Positions 50,560-64,000 of a stretch of DNA of 64,000 nt are shown piece after piece. Source of the DNA: Takakia lepidozioides (Eukaryota > Plantae > Bryophyta); assembly GCA_030704615.1 (NCBI GenBank), contig CM060732.1, positions 68,510,001-68,574,000 on the forward strand. Reading direction: 5' to 3'. How positions within the stretch are numbered: position 1 is the first letter of the stretch; the number at the start of each line of letters is the position of its first letter. Both the position numbers and the translations under genes were made by a program. The notes under the pieces are model-generated. The model searched no databases and had not been told where the DNA came from. It saw only the letters and a program-made list of their open reading frames with translations.

Positions 50560-51672
50560 GAGTGCTACTTCATTTACCCAGCTCTTCCTCCATCACCTCT
50601 CATGGAGATGGCCTTCAAAGTAGACCGGATTGCCGACATCAATCCAGCTGTGCCCTGTCCAGCTCCATCCATGATGCCATCTGGTTTCTTGCCTTCCTTT
50701 CACATCTGGTGGATATATGCAGGACCTCCCTATCACACCCATGCTGAGCATATCCTGCGACCATGACATTCCCTGCGTTTGGTTCAAAAATACCATTGGA
50801 CACCTTACATGATTCCTGCAAGCTAACACATGTGGGACACATTAACAAGGGTATTCTCCAAATTCCGATACAGCAGAACTCCAGCTTCGATGATGTCACC
50901 ATGGACCTCCAGGCCCTTCACATGCATTTAGCACACAGATGAGCGTGACTGTGTTGGGAGTCACCCCTTGCTGTTGCAATTGCAAATAGATCTCTAAAGC
51001 CTCCCTACCACACCCATACTGAGCATATCCTGCAATCATCGAGGTCCATGAAACTACATCTCGTTCAGCCATGTGGTTGACCGGTTGATGTGCATCCCCA
51101 CACTTTGTATATATGTCCCAGGCTGGCACACGCATTGAGAATGCAGGTGAATGTGACCCTGTTGTGTATCACCCCATTATGTTGCATTCGCTCATACATC
51201 TCAAAAGCATCCCCAGCACACCCATGCTTGGCAGATCCTGCTTTCATCATATACCATGTATACATATCTTGTTAAGGCATTTTGTCAAACACTTGGCGTA
51301 TATCCATCATGCTCCCGCACTTTGCATACATGTTGATAAGGTCATTAAGTAGAATATGTTTGGCTTGAATCCACTGTCAATAATGTGGGCGTGCGCTGCT
51401 TCCCCTCAGAGAGGCCTTTCATGTTGGTGCACTCCTGCAAGGGACAAACATAAGTGTTGGAGCAAACCCAAATACCTTGTTCGTTCAGAATGTGCAGCGC
51501 CTGTTAAGTCGTCCTGCCTTACATAGTGTCCTGACATCCCCACAAGGACCAGCAGACTTCTTATTGATTCCCTTTCTTCGTCGTCTTTCAAAAGCAGTGG
51601 TGAAGGTGGAGGTGCTACCCCGGCTGCCAGTGTGATCTGCACACATGACTGTGCCTGATTCAACCCCGCCAT
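50560..51672 (-). pseudogene. PLS-PPR pseudogene, paralogue of the 27089 gene
   Basis: Same MAGLNQA start; frameshifted DVVSWTSMIAGYAQYG and PNTVTLICVLNAC repeats; GHSWIDV remnant. Confidence 0.85.
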
Positions 51673-53439
51673 CCTGCATGACTTCAGACACTAGTAATAA
51701 CAATTTACACTAAGCAATGACAAAATATATCAGAAACTTCCTAGACTCCATACGAAAAACCTCTTTATAAGGACAGGCTTCTTATCTGATGACAGACTAT
51801 CAAAGTCACCTACTTTAAGGATAGACTGGACCAATCCAATCTTTGCAAGTGGGTATCTTTCAGCCTTGGATCATCATAAAGAGAATACCTGTGGTATTTG
51901 CTCCCTGAGCTCCATTGACTACATCAAATATCGAACCATCACCAGACTGCGCTTCATCCTGTACACACGGAGGGTGCTCAATCCACCTCCTTCCTACGCT
52001 CAGGCGCAAAATCTGGCGATTGCCGGACTTTTCTGTGGAAATGTGGGCAGCAGAGGACCCGTAGCTTCAACCACAGCCACACATAGACCAGGCTACAACC
52101 ACCAAGCTCCACAATCAGCGCTTCAAACAACAAGACACAATTTTGAACATAATGATTTCGGCATTACTGCCTAGTAACAAGCAGCCTGGTGACAAGTGTA
52201 AGTTACTATTGATCAATGCAACTTGCCTGCTTCACCCAGAAAAATCTCTGTTCTGCTTTCCGGTGGACTGAAAGAAGATTGCGTAACAATAGACAAAGCC
52301 TCACCTTCGGAGACCTGTTGTCCCAAAATTGTGAAGGATATGACATGACATCCAGCGAAATCCCTTCTAGTGATTGGCCTGCATACAAACACCACTTAAG
52401 ACATCTTCATAACCTCCTAATTGAAGGTGCCCGGGGGAACTGTAGAGTAGGCCCACAAAAAAATTAAGCTCCCTCACTTTGTCTCTCTCTCTAATGCAAT
52501 GAAAAAATGAGAAAAAAATGAGAAATTTCCAATGTTTCAGGGGTTGCTGAGGCTTCTACGATAGTTTTGCTTGCATGAGAAAAGAAGATACTAGGCACAC
52601 AGTTTAAGAACTAAGAAAAGTAAGGCAGGAGATACATTCTGTACCTTTCTTCGGTTTCCCTGGATCTTGGGGAGACTTCACTATTATCACTTGCAAGGGT
52701 CTCACGCTCGGCACTGCCAAGCTGAATGTCCATGTCCGCTCCACAGCCTGGCCCCTTAATCTGCTGCATGACTTGAGGATTTCGGCTCATTCAGAAAACA
52801 GACCCTTTTGTATGGTCTCCCAGAAAGCGCAAGGGATATGCATAGCACGCTGCCATGAAAGTGACTTCAGGTCCTCCCTGGCTACAGTATCGATGGCTGT
52901 ACACATTGGCCCAAAAATGACCTTGATGTCTTGGATGGGAGGGAGGACTCGGAATGCGTCTTTCCTCTTCAGAATGTACTCATGGTTTAAGAATTACGCT
53001 GGGCAGCTCCAAGGCTCGAATGGAAACATCCATCGACTTCAATCCTAGGTACTTCCGTGAACATACTTCGCACTTAAGGTAGGTAATGGGTATACCATCT
53101 TGTCTGGTGATGGCTCCCTCGATCACCGTCGTGTGTTTTGGACAGGGTCTTGGTCAGTTCCTTGTGAATCCAGGAAAGAGAATCGAACTCCTGGGCTGCT
53201 ATGTGGGCCCCTTATCTTCAAGTGCTCAATCCGAGTATGCGCCTACATTCTACTTCAGCTTCAGTTGCCCAGATTCACGTGTAGCCTGTCCAACCTGTTG
53301 AGGCTAGGACACCTCCGAGATTACGATGCTCCAGTACGCAGTAGCCTTGGCTATGAATTGTCAACATGATGCCCTATGACTTTGACAAGTCACTGCACCG
53401 GGGTGGATCTTTGCAGAGTTTATCTGATCGTGCAACTTC

Positions 53440-53630
53440 TTTGTTGTTCAAAACTGATGACTGGGCAGATGAAGGATGCTGGGTACACACATCTGATACG
53501 ATTTGTATTGCCTGATTTGGACGAAGAGGATAGTGAGAAGCTGGCCATTGCTGTTTGTGCTCATGGGGACACCCATTGTGACACCTATCCGCATAATGAA
53601 GAACCTTCCTGTATGTGGTGACTGTCAGTG
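53440..53630 (+). pseudogene. Isolated DYW-domain remnant
   Basis: GQMKDAGY...FVL.DLDEE...SEKLAIA, then frameshifted TPIRIMKNLPVCGDC. Confidence 0.75.
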
Positions 53631-54223
53631 CCACTTTTAATCCACCTCAATGATGATTGGGCAACCAGTTCTCCACTTATACGCTGTGTGGTTACAACTA
53701 ACAGCTTTCTGTCTGGCTCCTCTTCACTGGACTGGCATGACAACCAAGGATGTTGTGAACAGTGTCCGGGAAATATTTTGAGTTGAACCAGCCAGTGGCC
53801 GCTCATTTTCAACACCAACCGGCTAAGTGGGTTGGGGGGTCGGCTGCTGCCCCTTAGTGGTAACTTCAGGGGGTCAATTTCCTACATATTGTTTTACAAC
53901 CGGTAATATTCTTTTTTTTTTTGGTGTGTTCGGCTATAAATCCGGCCATTGTACATATCAACCGGTTCATTTCCTGCAAATGAAAATTAAATTCGGCTGC
54001 ATACAAATTCAACAAATGAACAACAATAAATAATCACAACCAATTTTAAGCAATTCAAACAAGTGCAGAAAAGTATCCTTGGCGGGAGTTGAACCTGTCA
54101 ATGCCCTCCACCAGTTGGAGGCCAAGGATCGAACCCTTATAAAATGCAAGGACCTCAACCAAAAGTTGAAGGGCCTTGAATTTTAGAAGCGTTACCTATC
54201 TAAACAAACAAACAAACAAAAAT

Positions 54224-56495
54224 TCAAAACTGCAAATCATCATTCGTACCTTCTGCATATGATGGCCCACCTTCCGGTTGTCCAGCTATTGGCTGTCCAG
54301 CTAAATATAGCTCAGGATGAGAGAACAAATGTCTGAAGTTTGTGGAGTTCTTCCACAAAGATATGGCCTCAATCAAAACAGGTTGACATGCCTGCACACT
54401 TGGCCCTTCCAAAGCAACACGAAGCACACTTTCCAAGTTCTTTGTTTTCAACTTGTTTCGAAATTTAGTTTTGATTGAGTTTTGAACTGAGAATGCCCTC
54501 TCACATGCGGCAGTGCTTACACATTGAACTCGAGCAATTTCAGAAAGCACAAGCAAGTTTTCATACTTCATCGTTAGATAAAGGTTCCAAGTCACCATGC
54601 CCCAAAGATCCTTGACAGTTTTCTCCATCCACTCGGTACTTGCCTGTAGTTTGAAAGCAAAGAACTCTCGTTTCACCGCTGCTATGTCAACAAGGGCAGG
54701 CAATGTCCTTCCTGCAATATGTCTTTCGACACCATAGTGCGCACATAATATTTCCAACTCTACTACACCCCAAATCTGGCAACTTGCTAACCCCACTTGC
54801 CTAGTTGGTAGGTTACATGGACTCAATATTTTGAATGCACTTACAACTCCGTTGTCCTCAAATCTGGCATCCAAAGCATTGCAAACAGCCTCTGCATAAA
54901 GCTTTTGGAAGATAAGTGCTGCCTCCAAATCACCCCCCATCCTCTCTCGTGTCATTTGTACACATGAAAATTGGATCCCCTAATCTCAGAGGCTAGCCGC
55001 CTCAAATACCCACCAGGAGGACCAAATTCCGGAATGATGTGATAACCCATTTCCTCATTGAAGGTGGATTGGTTCAAATCCGTGCTATCCTCAATGAAAA
55101 ACATTCGTATTTGTGCAATCTCTGTCTTAACTATGGACCCAATGCTGGTTACATCCACAAACTTCCATTGGAACACACGTGAGAGTAGAGATAGACCGTG
55201 CAACATATCAGCCAAAAAATACAAGACATAAATCATTTTGAATGACCTAATCTTGTTATACAAAAGAGGGGCTGATCCATCATCATTGGCAACCAGCACA
55301 TCTCTAAAATTCGTGACAACACTCTCAAGACTATCACAAAGCGATGTCACGGCCTGCCACCTAGATAACCAACGAATCTTGTGAAACCTTTTGAGGCACT
55401 TTTGAGCATCATTAAGCTCGGTCTGCAAAGCTTGCAAGGTTGCCTTACGCTTAGATTATTTGCGAAAATGACCAGCAAGAGAGTTCAAAAGTGTGTCAAC
55501 CTCATTTGAAATAAGATGACATGCTGATGTCTTGGCAGCTTCTAATGCTGCCAAGTTGGTCCTATGTGCTACGCAATGGACGGCCAACATAAAGGGGTTT
55601 ACCTTTTGCTTAAGACGAGCAGCCACGCCGGATCGAGCCCCCACCATGGTTGCTGCCCCATCTGAACCAAACCCCAAAAACTTATCTACATCCAAACCCC
55701 ACTCTTTCAAACTAGTTAGTAAACACTCATATATCATTGCGGCATCCTTCTTGCCATCAATAATCTGAAGTAATCCCAAAAACAGAGTGACTGACAAACC
55801 CTCTTCAACAAAAGAAGCAAAAACAACAAGATGACCGGTCACTGAAATGTCAGTTGACTCATCATCATGATTCCATTGTACTTGGAATCTTTCACTCTAT
55901 CCAACACCTTTTTCTGAACAACACATGAGATACAATACAATATATCAGCACATGACTTCTCATCATGGTACAGTTTCTGGGTAATACAAGCTTTGAGAGT
56001 AACCAAAAGTTGACACAAACCTGGAAATTTGCTAAATGGCAAGGCCTCCAAACCAATGTAGTAAGCAACTTGGAAAAGAGCCAAAACATCATCATCACAA
56101 GCTCGATTAGCACTAGCTATGGCTTTTTCCATGGCTTTCTTACCAGATTGTAGGGCCCAAGAGAACTTACGATGCTCTTCTGACCTAGCATGGTCTTGGA
56201 ATGAACTCACCTTGACATTGACAGAACCAGCATTTGCAAAGACTGTCCTCCCTCCTTTCCCTCTACAAACTTTACAAAAAACCCTACCTAGATCATGGTT
56301 AAACTCAATCCAATCAAATTGAGTTTACCAAACATCTTTCCATGCTTTCAAGGCTGCCTCTACACTATTCGATGGCTTGTCCATACCACTTGAAGATGAG
56401 GCAGGGGGGACAGCGGAAGGAGACTCCTCATCACAATCACCAGTGCGACCAGCCCTAAATAACATATTTCTTAGATTCCTTTGGCGCTTGGCCAT
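54224..56495 (-). mobile_element. hAT (ZNF862-like) transposase pseudogene
   Basis: TTF-like zinc finger (FCKVC...HARSEEH), DESTD (frameshifted), SDGA, HCVAH, RWLSR, STAACERAFS. Stops at 56325 and 55456. Confidence 0.9.
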
Positions 56496-56552
56496 AGCCA
56501 AGACCTTACAAAATACAAATTTATAGCACGGAAATTGCAACAAGGAAGGGCC

Positions 56553-57452
56553 AGCGAGTGCAAGTAGGCGGGAGCGTCGGCAACACATCAACATACAGCC
56601 AGTGATAAGTGCGAGCCCCGGCAGGTGAGCTGTGGACTTAGCAAAGAACGAGTGCAAGGCCTGCCAACTGCCTGAAGCAAATCAGAAAATAGAAGGGGAG
56701 GTGGGTCAGAAATGGGTGGGAGGTGAGATGCAGCCCTCCCAGCTGCCTTTGCCCGACACAAAATAGACACGGCTTGTGCCTGCTGCAAAGCAACAGAAAC
56801 TGTGGTCGAAAGAACGGTAGAAGAACCGAAGGGAGAGGCCTACCAATGCCCTTGCTTTTTACTGCATGATGAGCACAAAGTATGCAGAAAGTCATGTAGC
56901 TGTAGACTTCGAAAGGCAAAAGTCATAACCTCTCACTAGGAAAAGCAATGACATAACCAAATGAAACAAAGACTCATGCCTGGGCCTTGAAGTGTGGTAG
57001 CACGCAGCGAGTGCAAGCAGGCGGGAGCGTCGGCAGCACATCAACATACAGCCAGTGGTAAGTGCGGGCCCGGCAGGTGAGCAAAGGACTTAGCAAAGAA
57101 CGAGTGCAAGGCTGAAAACATGCCTGGGCCTTGAAGTGTGGTAGCACGCAGCGAGTGCAAGCAGGCGGGAGCGTCGGCAGCACATCAACATACAGCTAAT
57201 GGTAAGTGCGGGCCCGGCAGGTGAGCAAAGGACTTAGCAAAGAACGAGTACAAGGCTCTTCTAGGGTTTGCCCCCAACCACCCTGGCTCCGTCCGTTGGA
57301 TGTAACCAGGCCTGGGCCCTGGCATGCTGGATTTCCGCCACGTGGCAAGGCTCTTCTAGTCTCTTCTAGGGTTTGCCCCCAACCACCCTGACCTCGTCCG
57401 TTGGATGTAACCAGGCCTGGGCCCTGGCATGCTGGATTTCCGGCACGTGGCA
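56553..57452. repeat. Tandem duplications upstream of the hAT transposase (~144-bp and ~105-bp units)
   Basis: Copies at ~56553, 56975 and 57119. A second unit occurs at ~57257 and ~57362. Confidence 0.8.
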
Positions 57453-59674
57453 GCATTCAACGGCCATTTTCCGTTTTCTTATAAGATAAGAACGGCTGGA
57501 ATCCGTCCAGGCGTGCCAACTAAGGCATATTTCCGGCATTTACTGATACGGAAAGGCAAAAATCCGTCCTCTGAGTCAGGCACTCGGATGATTTCCTCTT
57601 GGGCCATTTTTTCCGTCGGTTCATTTTCCGGAGGTTTCATGTCATACCCGGAAATTCCAGGATGGCATTCGGCTGGCATGTAACTGGCTGCCGGTTCTTC
57701 CCGTTCATTGGTTGTGAAGATACCGACTGACCATATTCTGCTGAATACACCAGACCCGACCACATCCTATACTCAGGGATGCGTAGGCGTGAGCGCAGCT
57801 GCGCTCACGCCATGTCACCTTGCGCCCACGCCACATCACCTGGTTCACTCCACGTCATCGCGTTTAAACGTCGCGTCACTGCGCCGAGGAAGAAGCGGAG
57901 TGTATGTCCGCGGAAGAGCACCCTTAACTGCGGAAACAAGTTGGACGACATAATAAAAAGACGTGGTCATTCCCACCTGAAAGCAACAGATGAATGCAGG
58001 ATGGATGAATGTAGAGTGGATGAAAATAGACATGTGGAGGACTGTCCATGATCAAACATAATTTTCTGACAATCTCTCTTCCATAGCCTATAAGAGGTAA
58101 GGTGGCAGCGATTATAGTGTTAATATCATCCATGTTAATATCATCCATGCACTGATCTTTGTCTCCAGTCTGCACCCTCAATTGGAGCCACAACAGGCAA
58201 GATGGAGAAGTGGATCATAAAAGAGATGAATGTGTGAGCTCCATCAAAAGGCTACAGAGAAAGCACAATACAGAGGTTGCAGATATCCTTGTAGCATCCA
58301 TTGCAAGCACTTTTATTGATGGATCAGTCCCGTCCCTCCTGCAAACCAAAGAATTTTAGTATCTGTCCAACTGTTTAGTACCAGGGAATGCCCCTCTCCG
58401 ACCCGTTTGTTGGAGGCCTGGCAGAAACGGCGAGGGGAGGCAATTCCCTAGCTAAGGGATGCGGATGATTCTTCATACGTTAAAAGCAGGTGTGGCAGAT
58501 ACTGCCACTTTTTCGGCCGAATTCTCGGGCAGAATCGGCAGAGATGGCCGATTACGCTCCGAGGGCGGCAGACATATCCCCAGCCCCATGTCATTAGTCA
58601 TCAACCCATACTTCGTCCTCAGTAGCTCGCCCCGTTTATATCCTCTCCGGGGCTCTGAATCTGGGCAATCGATATGGGATAATCGAACCTCAATCATATT
58701 GCGCCACGTAGCGGCGAGAATCCGCCACACTTGCTTTTAAAGCCAGTGAACGGGCCGCGTTGGCCGATTCTGCCCTGTGCGCGGCCTTTGGGCTCGCCCA
58801 AAGGCCGCTTACAGGGCAGAATCGGCCAAACACGGCCCGTTCTCTAGTACGTACTAACTACTTTTATGCATGTCGTCGTCCAGAATCCAGAATCGGCAGG
58901 ACCTGCTCTTTGCGTGGGCCGATTACAGAGATGTGTCGAGGGTTGTAGATGATGGGCATTCGGTATTCCATGCACAAACATATTGCGTGGTCTAATCGAC
59001 TGGCAGAAGCCACAGAGTAAAGGCGTCATACTAACGATTCTCGGGGACATGGGATCCCAACTTGCCACAGAGGATCTCTCTCGTGATGTGCCTGCAAGTG
59101 TGAATGAAGCTTCAAGTTTGAGGAATCAAGCAAAGATTCTATCAGGTTGTTAAAAAAGAAAATGAAAAAGAATCCATTTTAGAGAGGCAGGTTGCCTCAC
59201 TTGCTTTCTTTGTGAGGGCAAACAATCGAGATGCAAGGTTCCTGGCAGCAAAACTGGAGGGCTTCATGCAGATTTTGTTTGTAACAAGAGAGGAGGAATG
59301 GAGGGGGAGCCCTCGTCTTACAAGGTATGCGGTTGAGAGTCTGCTTGATAGTGTGCTCTGAAAGCCTCATAATTGCAGGCGGATATCTTGCTTGGTCTGA
59401 GTTGCGTAGATCATTGTTCCGAGCATTTTTTTCTTTCCCAGGGTAGGTGTCTGCGCCAGGGATGAAGCTGTAGCATGCGAATTCTGTACGAGCACAACTG
59501 TGGACAAGACGAGTCATTGGCACACTATTGGTAAAGGAAAAAGAAAAAGGAGACAAAGAAATGCAGCAGTGCTATGGGTCTGATCAGCGTCACTAAGGTA
59601 GTCCCCACAATTTGGATTGACGCTGTTTATCAGTGACGTATAAATGACAGAGCTGTTGGCGTTGGATCTTGCAG

Positions 59675-62600
59675 CGTAAGTCCGATGGAACTGAAGAAAG
59701 CTCTGACGCAATTCGCAGAGCTAAGATCCGACGCATCTCTCCTGCGGGAAGGAGGGAAGACGAGCAGGTCCCAGCGGGAAATCTTGACTTGAACAGCACC
59801 CCGTTGGGCTTTGATTTGAATGCCCCTGTCACTGAGGAAGACCTCTCTCAAGGTGGTAGTGGGTGGCTGAGCCCACAAGATGAAGTCGAGAGCAAACCAG
59901 AGATTTCCGAGAAAGAATTGGCACCTCTGGAAACTGCGCGTGCGCCTAAAATCGAACCCAATGACGATTCTACGATGGTAGACGCAGAATCTGCATCTGC
60001 TATCCCTGCAGGAAAAGTCGAGGAGGGTTATGAGTTTCCATGTGCGAAGGCAGAAGAAGAGGAAGGAATTTCCAAAGTGAGGCTCAAAGTGGAGGGGCAA
60101 TCAAACCAGATTGAGCAGCAGACTGTGAAAGAGGAGGTTGACGTGTCAGAGGTTAAGCCACCAGTGGTAGTTCCAGCGATTTTGCGGCGACCATTTGAAC
60201 CTGTATCCTCCTATTGTTGGCATGGTTTTGATTGACTTTGAAGTCTATGAGGCTCATTTGAGGAAGAAAGGAAAACACTCTTAAGTCCACTGGCGATGAA
60301 GAAGGAACCATTGAGAATTAATTCTGCTGGGCTGTCATTGTCTTAATATCCCGTGCCCCAGTGAGTGCATGTTTGATATGGGTCTGAGTTGTATTGGGCA
60401 CTCTTCAAAGCGATGTATACCATGTATGGACTTCAATCTGGGACACTATGTGGGTCACTATCTGGCAGGCCCATTCCCTGTTGCATGGTGGACCTTAAGC
60501 TCTGAGCCTCTCCTGGGCTGGCTGAATTTCAGTGTGGAAGTTCTTTGTGGATGACTTGTTTAAACCCTGTATTTGTCTCTTGTGCGTTTGTTCCCAGTGA
60601 GCTGTCCTTGACCAGGCACTTTTTCCAGGCAACGACTCTTGGCTTTGATGAAGGTAATTCATCATATATCTCCACTATCTACACATTGGAGTTTTGAGCA
60701 ATTTTTGAGATAGTATGAACACCTCAAATTTTTAAACCCTAAACCCTGAGTTCAAAGTGGGGCTGTGACAAAAGTTCACAGCCTGATTCAATGCTGAATT
60801 GACTCAGATCACAATTATGGCTGCTTCAAACCCAGGGTACTATCAGCTGAGTGCCTGTGGGTTATGCGTCAGATTGGCTCTACAAGGATGTTGGATGGCT
60901 TCCCTCCTTTGCATAGAAGAGTATTGGGGCAGACTTAACTCTTCAATTAGTTACCTTACCTTGTTTCCACCATCTCTGATCCTTTTACCTGATAACCTTT
61001 TACCATATTAGTGGGTGTGTATTGGACTCCAGAGTGTCCACTATTGGAAAAAGGTTGTTTAACTCCCCTTGATGATAAGCTTTCTGGCCTTCTTGCAGAT
61101 TTAGATATAATAAGATCTGTGTGGAGTGCGTGGGAGCAAGAAGACACAGAGGCTCTGGACAATACTTTGGCGGGTACTCTGGAAGAATTAGCAAAACATC
61201 CGCTCAGTCCTAGTCGGTACCATGTTCTTAGTTGCTTATACATCTCCAAAAAACTTCCAGAGGCATTCAGTCTCCCTCGGACGTTAAAGGTGACTGAGGC
61301 TTCTTATCCTAGGTCCCAATCATGGCCATAATCTGCTGAAGCTTTTAGGCACATGCAAGGAGCAAAGATAGATGCCACATTGCAGCCTTCCTTGTCTACT
61401 TTGCATGTTCTTATCCTCAGTTGTGAAAATGGCACAAATGTACATGACTTGTTGTTTACCTTTTTGTTTTTTGTTTGCTCCTCTGAATTCAATATAGGTG
61501 TTGCTTGGGTTCTTGGAGTCTGCTGGGGCTCAGCCAGTAATGAAGCGCCAGATTATGCAGCCTGTGCTGGCCTGCAAGCTTCTTTACCGGGCATTCACAG
61601 CAGAACTTGAATGGCCCATGGAATTTGTCCAGGTATTGTTTTTCCAATCCCTTACTTTGAGGCTCTCAAATTAACTTTTTGACTTACTGCAAGTAACTGG
61701 AGAAGTTGGGGAGCAGGTTGTAGTCATCCTTCACAGGATTTTACTTCAACCTCACAGTGATACCTACTGACTCTGTATGAGCTGCAGAGTAAGTCAATGG
61801 TGCCCTCAAGTGAACTGGCCCCTGGCGCTGGCCATGATGTTTACCTATGGGATGCCCAAAGTTCAAAGATAAGGTGTATTCTCATTTGACTAGCCCAAAA
61901 TTTACATGGTTTGATGGAATGAAGTATGCTGAAGCACTATTTTATGTGGTGGGACATGCTGGTTTTCTGAACAGGTTTATCTGCTTGATGCTGTGGGTGC
62001 CCGTTCTTGGATTGAACACGAAGGGTGTAAGGAGTTTGTCTCAAATTTGCTTACAGCTTTTCCTGATGTGGGCCTGGTAAGCTTGAGGTTGGTTTCATAC
62101 TGGTCGTTTGCATGCATCTTATTGTGGGAACACTTAAAGACTCGTCAATAGTTCTGAAAGAAGCCTACACAAAGGAAAAAGATAGGAGATTTCTGATCTC
62201 CACAAAACCACAAAGTTTATGGGACAGAGTAATGCATAACCAACAAAACATTACAACTAATTTTTGCAGGAATGTGCAGGGCCTGAAGGTCAGCGGCTAA
62301 GCATTTCTGTTTCTCAAACCTAAATGGGTCTGCCACCTAAGAGATAACAGTATGCCCTTGAATCTCATATACATGAGATAAAGAAATAATCTTGTGTCTC
62401 ACTGCTTGCATGGTGCAGGTCCTATTCTTACACGTTGTAATATTCTGTCTGCCTGTCTTTTATTCCCCCTGGTAACTAACACATAAATTGAAGGACGTGC
62501 TATTCGGAATGTTCCTATTTGGTGCAATATGAACCTGGACCTAAGTTTTGGAAGGAATGACACCTTCTCGACCTCCTGTTCCATGTGGTCTGGGTGATAT

Positions 62601-63657
62601 AGGATGGTCCCATGGGCTCAGAGGACGCCACTGGAGCAAGGCCAGCAGATTTACTGGGGTAAGCACACTGGAAACCTCATAGAGCACATCATGGACTTCC
62701 AAAGGCAATTCAATTGTTTGCTTTTCTGTTCATGTCAACAACTTCTGATTGCTAGCTTGCATTTGCGGATTACATTATTGGAATGCCAAGGCTTTTGTCC
62801 GGGATTCTGCTTGGATTTGGTGCTTCTTCCTTGACTCTGCTGTTCAAGGTTAGCTGCAACCTGTGTCTAGCATTACATGATTTGTCATCCTGCTCATTCA
62901 ATCTCTATTTCTGCACTGGTGCACCACTGCCATGTTGAACCTTTAGGTCATGCACTGGTTATATTGGGCCACTCTGGCTTTGCTGCAAAGGAGTGTCCAT
63001 GCTTTGATTTTCTTCAACTTAGTGTGTTCTTTAAGGCATAAATTGAACAGTGGCCCATTTACTCACTTTGTTAGCGTATTTTCTCAGGACATAGAGTTGT
63101 GGTCCAGTCATACGTGTCTTTTTGGAATATTTCTGATTCCTCACTTCCGTGGAAATTTTGTTGCCAAACATCAAGCAAACAGGGTGTTCAGTGGTTCCTG
63201 AAGATTGCACCAACTATTATCACTTTTCCTTTAGTATGCCCCCACAAGGTTCTGCTATTCTTGATACTACTGGCTTGTGGATCTGCAGGGTTTGCGGAGA
63301 GGCTCAACAGGGCCAGGCTGTCAAAAGTGAAGCCCATTGCGAGGTGAAAACAACTCTTGCAAAAGTAAAGGACAATATCTAATAGGAAGAGCTGGTTGGT
63401 CTTGCATATATCTCTTCATATGACTGTGTACATGGGTAAGGAATGAGCATGGAGGTGGAGATGCTGGAGATGAATAGCAAAAATGTACCCTAATGTGGGC
63501 TCACTTTGTCTGTGGCTTAATTGAGTTTTCAGGCAGCCATCAAGAGCCGATATCCTCGGGAGGAAGTACGACAGAAAGTGCGGACAGAATTTTTGCAGTC
63601 CCTTAACCAGCTGTTGGGGGCAGCATCCACCAAGGACAACCCACGCCATCTCCTGAG
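59675..63657 (+). CDS. INTS1: Integrator complex subunit 1-like gene, partial (start unresolved; probably continues beyond the window)
   Basis: Spliced exons: RRPFEP|ATTLGFDE|DLDIIRSVW...LYISKKLPEAF..LK|...PVLACKLLYRAFTAELEWPMEFVQ|VYLLDAVGARSWIEHEGCKEFVSNLLTAF|...SRYP...KDNPRHLLR. These are collinear with animal INTS1 as recalled (VLACNLL..WPEIFVKVYIEDSLGERIWVD..CK.FV.NI.TAF; DNVSRNLLR). Confidence 0.8.
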
Positions 63658-64000
63658 GTATGATGTGTGTTTCTGCTTACATTTGAGTCTAACAAGCCAA
63701 ATTCAATGTGCAGTAGAAAGTACCTTGGTTCTGTGATGCCTTTGATGCTACCAGTCTGTATGTCAGCCACATTCCTCACTCTGTCATCCCTCAACGTTAT
63801 AAAGCACCATTTCATTTCATTTCTGTCATTTCAAATCATTACAGCCGTCAAGAAGTGACGAGGGGTTCAATCTTGTGACATCATTGAATTTCTCAGCTGA
63901 GACCATGGGCATTACATTTCATTTCATCTATTCTCTTATTGTCTCAATAAACGCTTTGGTATTTTTCGTGGACATCGTGAATGTACAAAATGGAGCTGGC

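Noticed and set aside
52640-53350. Coding-like remnant on the minus strand
   Set aside because: Multiple stops and no family I can identify.
54075-54150. tRNA/SINE-like B-box motifs on the minus strand
   Set aside because: No cloverleaf or A-box could be built.
53860-57700. TIRs of the hAT element
   Set aside because: No convincing matching pair or 8-bp TSD found, so boundaries are left unassigned.

Overview
Eukaryotic nuclear DNA from a land plant, probably a non-seed plant judging by the PLS-PPR style and transposon repertoire. The window alternates intron-containing genes with nested, mostly decayed transposons. Recognisable genes: a 3-exon UDP-glycosyltransferase, PAB (chloroplast ATPase biogenesis), a PLS-class PPR gene whose DYW tail has decayed, plastid TatA/Tha4, RFC3 (bS6 family) and the 5' part of an Integrator subunit 1 (INTS1) homologue. 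Pseudogenes: three further PPR/DYW relics, an F-box gene and a partial INTS1 copy. Mobile DNA: Ty3/Gypsy pieces, a Copia relic, several copies of one RTE-group LINE family (nested in itself, with TSDs), a hAT transposase and a hAT MITE. The most striking theme is mobile or mobile-adjacent DNA carrying chromatin writers and readers. These are a Gypsy gag-protease frame followed by a DNMT3-like C5 methyltransferase motif I, a Gypsy integrase ending in a PHD finger, a chromovirus chromodomain, and an intron-containing prokaryote-type N4C/N6A methyltransferase relic beside a SWIM element. All homology calls come from motif recognition by eye; no searches were run.
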